DNA of 64,000 nucleotides from NCBI GenBank assembly GCA_963664115.2, contig CAXWPJ010000002.1:416001-480000 (forward strand), written 5' to 3'. The translations under genes were made by a program, and so were the position numbers. This DNA comes from Terriglobia bacterium (GTDB lineage Bacteria > Acidobacteriota > Terriglobia > 20CM-2-55-15). Below are positions 58,131 to 64,000 of this stretch, piece after piece (positions within the stretch are counted from its first letter, which is position 1; the number at the start of each line of letters is the position of its first letter). The notes under the pieces were generated by a model, which saw only the letters and a list, made by a program, of their open reading frames with translations, made no database searches and had not been told where the DNA came from.

Positions 58131-60239
58131 ATGGGAGCATCAGACGGGACATCGAAAAAGACATCCAGCAACACGAGAAGCCTCTACCTGGCCGGGGTCG
58201 CCCTTCTGGGTTTGGCTTTGCTCGTTTTCGTGCAGGCCGCATTTAACCTGGGTCCCTTCATAACGGCATCGCTGCCCAGCCAAATCCTGTTGCTCTATTC
58301 CCTCTCGACTTTCATATTCCTGGTCCTGATCATCTTCGGCACTGTTTTGGCACGGAGCCTCTTCAAGCTGTGGGTTGAACAAAGAAGTGAGAAACCCGGC
58401 GCTAAATTCAAGACTAGACTTGTTTTATCTCTTATAGGTCTGACCTTGATTCCTGCCGCCTTCCTCTTCATGTTCGCGTTCGGACTCGTAAACCGAAGCA
58501 TCGACAAGTGGTTCAGTGTTCCCGTGGATTCGATCTTTGAGGCGGCCGAACAAATCGAAAGCGAATGGGCGTTGGAGCATGAAGCGATTGCACGGGGCAT
58601 CCTCAGTTATCTGGCCAGGCAGGTCCCTGAAAACCTCGATGCCGCCCGGGAAAATTTCCCTGTCGAGGCGATCGTCGTTCTGAACGCCGAGGGTGAGGTT
58701 CTCCAAAGCTCGTCCAATTCTCCCGAATCGACGGAACAACTCCGGAGACAACTCGCGGTTCAGTTATTAGAAGGAGGATCATCGGGCCGTAGCGGGATGA
58801 CGATCAACGAAGATGGTTCGCTCGTGGGCCTCGCCAGACTCGAAGAAGACGGCGCGGTACTGGCAGCACGGTTCTACCGTCCGGAGCGTTTTGAAGAACT
58901 CACCTCTACGATCGATTCAGAACGGCTCAACTATAACGAGCTGATCCAGAACCGGCGGTTTTACAGAGACACTTACGTTTACATCATGCTCTTGATGACA
59001 ACGCTTGTCCTCTTCGCCGCCGTCTGGACGGGACTTCATCTTTCGAAGCGTATAACCATTCCGATCGAAGCGCTTGCGGGCGCCACCCGTGAAATATCTG
59101 CGGGCCACCTGGACTATCGCGTGAGGGTCGAAGCGGACGAAGAACTCGGCATGCTGGTTGGATTGTTCAACGATATGGCAGACCAGCTCCAGTTGACGAC
59201 GCGTGAATTGGACGAACGCCGCCGTTATACGGAAATCATTCTTGAGTCGATACCGACGGGCGTCATATCGATTGACGACGAATACCGTGTTACGAAGGTG
59301 AACCGCGCTCTACGAACGATGTTTTCGATCGAAAACGCGGAAACGCTTAAAGACATTTTCGTCCCCGACGATCTGGACCAGATTGGCGAACTGTTACGGG
59401 TATCGGATCAAGAAGGGACGCTGGAACGCGAAATGACACTCAAAGCCCATGGACAGGCGGTTCACAGCGCGGTCATCGCCAGTAAACTGACGACAGGTGG
59501 ATTCGTCCTTGTCGTTGAAGACCTCACCGAAGTCGTCAAGGCTCAAAAGGCAACGGCATGGCGCGAGGTGGCCCGGCGCCTGGCCCACGAGATCAAGAAT
59601 CCGCTTACACCGATTCAGCTCTCCGCAGAACGCATCGCTCGAAACCTGGAACGGGCACCCTCGGTTGACGGCCACACAAGGACCGTGATCCAGGAATGCG
59701 TAGACGCCATCGTCGGCGAAGTGGGCAGCCTCAAAGAGTTGGTCAATGAATTCGGCCGCGTGGCCCGCCTGCCGGCCATCGCACCCGAACCCACGCCCAT
59801 GAAGGACCTGGTCGATCGTACGTTGTCGCTGTACGAAGATCGTTTCAACGGAACTTTAGTCAAGACCGAGTTCCCGAAAAATATGCCTGACGTCTTAATG
59901 GACGGCCAACAGATTAAGCGGGTCCTGATCAACCTGATCGACAACGCTCTCGAGGCCATGTCGGGAGAGGACGACAAAGAACTCACGATAGCCTGCGAGC
60001 TGGTCCGCGACGAGACAACAGCCCGGTTGACTGTGACCGATACCGGACAGGGCGTTGCTTCCGAAGACAGGGACCGACTGTTTGCCCCGTATTTCTCCAC
60101 CCGTAAAGACGGTACCGGCCTGGGCCTGGCCATCGCCAGTCGGATTGTTGCCGACCACGGGGGCTACATTGGCGCCGAAACCAATGGCCGGCGTGGCGCT
60201 CGATTTGTGGTTGAGCTTCCTTTATGTCAAAAGTCCTGA
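58131..60239 (+). CDS. NtrY-like HAMP/PAS sensor histidine kinase
   Basis: KFKTRLV, SIDKWF, AWREVARRLAHEIKNPLTPIQLSAER, GTGLGLAI. Confidence 0.9.
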   Translation: MGASDGTSKKTSSNTRSLYLAGVALLGLALLVFVQAAFNLGPFITASLPSQILLLYSLSTFIFLVLIIFGTVLARSLFKLWVEQRSEKPGAKFKTRLVLSLIGLTLIPAAFLFMFAFGLVNRSIDKWFSVPVDSIFEAAEQIESEWALEHEAIARGILSYLARQVPENLDAARENFPVEAIVVLNAEGEVLQSSSNSPESTEQLRRQLAVQLLEGGSSGRSGMTINEDGSLVGLARLEEDGAVLAARFYRPERFEELTSTIDSERLNYNELIQNRRFYRDTYVYIMLLMTTLVLFAAVWTGLHLSKRITIPIEALAGATREISAGHLDYRVRVEADEELGMLVGLFNDMADQLQLTTRELDERRRYTEIILESIPTGVISIDDEYRVTKVNRALRTMFSIENAETLKDIFVPDDLDQIGELLRVSDQEGTLEREMTLKAHGQAVHSAVIASKLTTGGFVLVVEDLTEVVKAQKATAWREVARRLAHEIKNPLTPIQLSAERIARNLERAPSVDGHTRTVIQECVDAIVGEVGSLKELVNEFGRVARLPAIAPEPTPMKDLVDRTLSLYEDRFNGTLVKTEFPKNMPDVLMDGQQIKRVLINLIDNALEAMSGEDDKELTIACELVRDETTARLTVTDTGQGVASEDRDRLFAPYFSTRKDGTGLGLAIASRIVADHGGYIGAETNGRRGARFVVELPLCQKS

Positions 60240-61558
60240 TTGTTGACGACGAAATCGGCATACGCCGATCTCTGAAGGGCGTCTTCGAAGACGAAGGCTA
60301 TGCGGCCGACGTAGCCGCAAGCGGAGAAGAGTGTATCCAAATGTTAGAAGGGGGTACGTACGATCTCGTATTGCTCGACGTCTGGCTCCCAGGCATCGAC
60401 GGCCTGGAAACCCTGAAACAACTTCGCCAGACCGATGGGACAACGGCCGTCATCATGATTTCCGGTCACGCAACGATTGCTACAGCCGTGTCAGCGACGA
60501 AGCTGGGTGCCTATGATTTCGTTGAAAAACCGCTGTCGATCGAACACATTCTGCTTATGGCCAAGAATGCCCTTTCGCACCGTCGACTGGAGCAGACGAA
60601 CGCCGTCCTGCGCTCCCAGATCGAAGCCCGCTACAACATCGTGGGCGAAAGCATTCCGGTCAAGGCCCTCCGGAAGCAGATTGCTGTGGTCGCACCCACC
60701 AATAGCCGGGTCTTGATCTACGGAGAAAGTGGAACAGGCAAGGAACTCGTCGCCCGCAATATCCACTTCCAGAGCAACCGCAGCGGCGGCCCTTTCATCG
60801 AAGTCAATTGCGCAGCCATCCCCGAAGACCTGATCGAAAGCGAACTTTTCGGCCACACCAAAGGATCCTTTACCGGTGCGGTGTCGGACAAAAAAGGAAA
60901 GTTCGAACTGGCTGAGAGTGGAACGATTTTCCTGGACGAAGTGGGCGACATGAGCCTCAAGACGCAGGCCAAAGTCTTGCGGGCCATTGAGCAACAGAGG
61001 TTCCAACCCATTGGCGCCCAATCCACCCGCAGCGTCGACGTGCGAATCATCGCTGCAACCAACAAGAACCTGGCCGTGGAGATCAAGGCCGGCCGCTTCC
61101 GCGAAGATCTCTTCTATCGACTGAACGTGATTCCCTTCTTCGTTCCGCCATTGAGGGAGCGCGGCAAGGACATCCCGGTCATGGCACGCTACTTCATCGA
61201 CATTTTCTGCGCCGAGGAAGGACGGCCTTCAAAGGAACTGACTCCCGATGCGATCGAGGCCATGGCCGGTTATTCCTGGCCGGGCAACGTCCGGGAGTTG
61301 AGAAACGAAATCGAACGACTGGTCATCATGGTGCCCGCCGACACGGTTCCCGCATCCAGCCTCTCACTCCCGAACGGTGCCGGACCCGAATCCGGCCATA
61401 CGCTGCAGCAAGCCCGCACTCAGTACGAACGGGATCTGATTCTCTCAAAGCTGGATGAAAATGGCTGGAATGTCTCCCAAACCGCTCGTGTCCTCGGTCT
61501 GGAACGCAGTTATCTGCACCGGAAAATGAAAACGTACGGGATTTCGAAGAAAGGTTAG
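60224..61558 (+). CDS. NtrX-like sigma54-family response regulator
   Basis: LLDVWLP, MISGHA, GESGTGKE, GSFTGA, GLERSYLHRKMK. Confidence 0.9.
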   Translation: MSKVLIVDDEIGIRRSLKGVFEDEGYAADVAASGEECIQMLEGGTYDLVLLDVWLPGIDGLETLKQLRQTDGTTAVIMISGHATIATAVSATKLGAYDFVEKPLSIEHILLMAKNALSHRRLEQTNAVLRSQIEARYNIVGESIPVKALRKQIAVVAPTNSRVLIYGESGTGKELVARNIHFQSNRSGGPFIEVNCAAIPEDLIESELFGHTKGSFTGAVSDKKGKFELAESGTIFLDEVGDMSLKTQAKVLRAIEQQRFQPIGAQSTRSVDVRIIAATNKNLAVEIKAGRFREDLFYRLNVIPFFVPPLRERGKDIPVMARYFIDIFCAEEGRPSKELTPDAIEAMAGYSWPGNVRELRNEIERLVIMVPADTVPASSLSLPNGAGPESGHTLQQARTQYERDLILSKLDENGWNVSQTARVLGLERSYLHRKMKTYGISKKG

Positions 61559-61624
61559 CGGCATTCGGGAGCGAACAAGCACCTCATCCTTCCATGGCCT
61601 CACGCCAAAATTCAGGGTCGAAGT

Positions 61625-62404
61625 ATGCCGAATAAATTTTATGTGGTATGGGTCGGTCGCGAAACAGGCGTATTCACGAGTTGGCCCTATACGAAAAAGC
61701 AGGTTCACAACTTCCCCCAAGCTAAATTCAAAGCATTTGAAACACAGGAGGAAGCAGAAACTGCTTTTACCGCAGGTCGAGGTTTGCATTCCAACAAGAG
61801 TACAAAGAACAAGGCCAGAGCTTCTTCGAATAAAACGAACACAATACTGACAGCACCCGATCTTGATGACACTCAAAGGAAGACCTTTGATTCAGATATT
61901 TACTGTGATGGTGCCTGCGATCCAAATCCAGGAAAATCAGCCTCGGGCGTTGCTGTATATCGTGACGGCCGATTGGCCGAACTCTGGTACGGCCTATACA
62001 ACCCTCACGGAACAAATAACTCTGCGGAACTGAACGCCCTGTATCAAGCTTTTCACATTGCAAAAGAAAACATCGAAAAGGGCAAAGAAGTACGGGTTCT
62101 GTGTGATTCAAAATATTCGATCAACTGCGTCACAAATTGGGCGTTCAGTTGGGAGAAAAAAGGATGGAAGAGGAAAACTGAAGGGGATATCAAAAACCTG
62201 AAACTAATCCAGCAAGCTCACGGGCTGTACAAGACCATTAGAGCGGAAGTCGTTGTTTCGCATGTCAAAGCCCATATGGGTCTTGAAGGTAACGAGCTCG
62301 CTGACCGTATGGCTGCTTTGGGTATCGATCAGCAAGCGACCGATTTCTGCCGGTATGCCGATACGCTGGAAATACCGGCCATACTCAAGTTTCGGGCGGG
62401 TTAA
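61625..62404 (+). CDS. rnhA: Ribonuclease HI with N-terminal hybrid-binding (caulimovirus viroplasmin-like) domain
   Basis: KFYVVWVGRETGVFTSW...FKAF; YCDGAC, TNNSAEL, CDSKY, HVKAH.G.EGNELAD. Confidence 0.92.
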   Translation: MPNKFYVVWVGRETGVFTSWPYTKKQVHNFPQAKFKAFETQEEAETAFTAGRGLHSNKSTKNKARASSNKTNTILTAPDLDDTQRKTFDSDIYCDGACDPNPGKSASGVAVYRDGRLAELWYGLYNPHGTNNSAELNALYQAFHIAKENIEKGKEVRVLCDSKYSINCVTNWAFSWEKKGWKRKTEGDIKNLKLIQQAHGLYKTIRAEVVVSHVKAHMGLEGNELADRMAALGIDQQATDFCRYADTLEIPAILKFRAG

Positions 62405-62435
62405 GAAGCGGCACTCTTAAAAAAGGGGGGCTCTC

Positions 62436-62831
62436 ATGCCTCACACAATTCAACTCGCGGCCTCGTTACCGGCCTCCCCTGATCGACTGTTCGACATGTA
62501 CCTCGATCCGGTGGAACACGCGGCCTTCACAGGTGCGCCCGTCACAATTTCCGATCGTCCTGGCGCGCCCTTCAGTGCCTTCGACAATGTCCTTACGGGC
62601 ACCGTCCTGCAGGTGGTCCCGAAGCGTCTCATCGTTCAATCATGGCGTTCCCCGAACTGGAGTTCCACGGCCGTCGACTCCACCCTGATCCTCACGTTCT
62701 CGCCCGAAAAGGACGGCGGTCGCATCGAACTCGTTCACGTCAACGTAGTCGACGAAGATTTCGCAGGCGTCAGCCAGGGTTGGGAAAAATACTACTGGTC
62801 ACCGTGGCGGGCCTACCTCACCCGCCCGTGA
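62436..62831 (+). CDS. SRPBCC/AHSA1-like domain protein
   Basis: RLFDMYLD, IVQSWR, IELVHVNV, GWEKYYW.PW. Confidence 0.85.
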   Translation: MPHTIQLAASLPASPDRLFDMYLDPVEHAAFTGAPVTISDRPGAPFSAFDNVLTGTVLQVVPKRLIVQSWRSPNWSSTAVDSTLILTFSPEKDGGRIELVHVNVVDEDFAGVSQGWEKYYWSPWRAYLTRP

Positions 62832-62999
62832 AAATAGGTCTACGTCGCCCCCGCAATTGAAGTTCTTCGCGGATCGGCGGATGTCGCACAAATTCCCCTA
62901 CACTTCGAGTTTCAGCGGGGCGCAACTGATTTACTGCGGCTGACTCAGTCGGCGCAGATCCGGACGAAGTAGCGGCATTAATGCCCGTGAGTGGTGGAA

Positions 63000-63986
63000 T
63001 TAAGTGACCGTACCTTCAAGCGGCGAGGATGCCGCTGCGTAAAGCTTCTTTGGGATCCGGCCTGCTTCGTAAGCCAGACGACCGGCACGTACAGCATAGT
63101 TCATCGCTTCCGCCATAGCCCCGGCATCGTTGGCTCCGGCGATGGCAGTGTTCATCAGGACTCCGTCGGCGCCCAGTTCCATGGCGAGCACCGCATCGGA
63201 AGCGGTTCCAACACCGGCATCGACGATCAACGGCACTTCGGTGATCCGCTCGCGGAGAATGCGCATCGATGTGAGATTCTGAATCCCCATTCCCGAACCG
63301 ATCGGTGCACCTAAAGGCATGATGGCCGCCGCACCGGCATCGATGAGCCGCCGGGCAACGATCAAATCGTCATTTGTATACGGAAGGACAATGAATCCGT
63401 CTTTCACAAGGGTCGCGGTGGCTTCGATCAGCGCCGCGGTGTCAGGAAACAGGGTCTGCTCATCGCCGATTACCTCTAGCTTGACCCACTCGGACAAGCC
63501 CGCCTCACGCCCAAGATGAGCCGTCCGGATGGCATCCTCGGCGTTGTAGCAACCGGCCGTGTTCGGAAGGATCATGAACCTGGAGGTATCGATATGATCG
63601 AAGAATGACTTTCCTTTGGGTGCGTTCAAGTCCACGCGTCGAACCGCGACTGTGACCATCTCCGCACCGGATCGTTGGTGCGCATCGACCATGGTTTCCA
63701 TCGTTTCGTATTTCCCCGTACCCACGATGAGCCGAGAAGAAAACGACCGGCCTGCGATGACCAAAGCTTGACTGTGTGGGGCTCCGGCTCCACCGCCTAC
63801 GAAGTGCACGACCTCGATCTGGTCTTCCGAAGCAAGAGAAATCGACTCCCACTGGCTTCTCGGAACAACGGCCTTGTTTCTTTCCACCGCGATACGTTCG
63901 GTCGGCAGTTCAAGGTGTTCGAGCAATTGGCGGATGTTCAGAGCTTCCGGTATCTGGTGAAGCTCCCCGTTAAGTTGAATACGCAA
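63000..63986 (-). CDS. thiG: Fused sulfur carrier ThiS - thiazole synthase ThiG
   Basis: N-terminal MRIQLNG...IAVERN...[10 protein letters not shown] in frame with [21 protein letters not shown] and [10 protein letters not shown]. Confidence 0.92.
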   Translation of the reverse strand: MRIQLNGELHQIPEALNIRQLLEHLELPTERIAVERNKAVVPRSQWESISLASEDQIEVVHFVGGGAGAPHSQALVIAGRSFSSRLIVGTGKYETMETMVDAHQRSGAEMVTVAVRRVDLNAPKGKSFFDHIDTSRFMILPNTAGCYNAEDAIRTAHLGREAGLSEWVKLEVIGDEQTLFPDTAALIEATATLVKDGFIVLPYTNDDLIVARRLIDAGAAAIMPLGAPIGSGMGIQNLTSMRILRERITEVPLIVDAGVGTASDAVLAMELGADGVLMNTAIAGANDAGAMAEAMNYAVRAGRLAYEAGRIPKKLYAAASSPLEGTVT

Positions 63987-64000
63987 GCCGATAACGCCCC

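Noticed and set aside
61550-62420. Integron attC cassette around rnhA
   Set aside because: GTTAG/GTTAAG occur, but no paired RYYYAAC...GTTRRRY palindromic attC structure or integrase is visible.
1437-63973. Numerous long antisense or overlapping ORFs in the track (e.g. 26346..27125, 33320..34141, 20638..21375, 47316..48032)
   Set aside because: They are shadow ORFs opposite well-supported genes in GC-rich DNA, with no recognisable motifs.
1-64000. Selenoprotein genes (in-frame UGA + SECIS) suggested by selC
   Set aside because: The redox candidates in the window (OsmC, TlpA-like CPPC) use Cys codons, and I saw no convincing UGA read-through by eye. A bSECISearch run would be needed to exclude it fully.

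Overview
A 64 kb, fairly GC-rich bacterial chromosomal window, probably from Acidobacteriota. That assignment is inferred from the VWA-domain protein type, stand-alone STAS protein, pilin type and gene order. The left part (1-21.7 kb) holds the end of an IS4-family element, transporters, dusB, an EAL-HDOD protein, a GT28 + fatty-acyl-reductase-like pair, a GT41-like protein, an orphan tRNA-Sec, an S9 peptidase homologue lacking its catalytic Ser, a frameshifted TlpA-like gene, a mini cytochrome c, OmpA, HU and an isocitrate-type dehydrogenase. The centre (21.9-58.1 kb) is one contiguous type IV pilus + glycan block. It contains pilC/pilB(gspE)/pilMNO-like genes, lolA, two tandem pilins behind a sigma54 promoter, two divergent tandem Wzy_C (O-oligosaccharyltransferase/ligase)-TPR genes, a ~19 kb sugar/Wzm-Wzt/WecA cluster with its own sigma54-like promoter, pilR-pilS, a second pilC, and a collapsed pilB pseudogene with no pilT. 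The right end carries ntrY-ntrX-like genes, an islet (AT-rich RNase HI plus SRPBCC) bounded by a 10-bp direct repeat, and a thiS-thiG fusion. All calls are by eye from motifs; no database searches were run.
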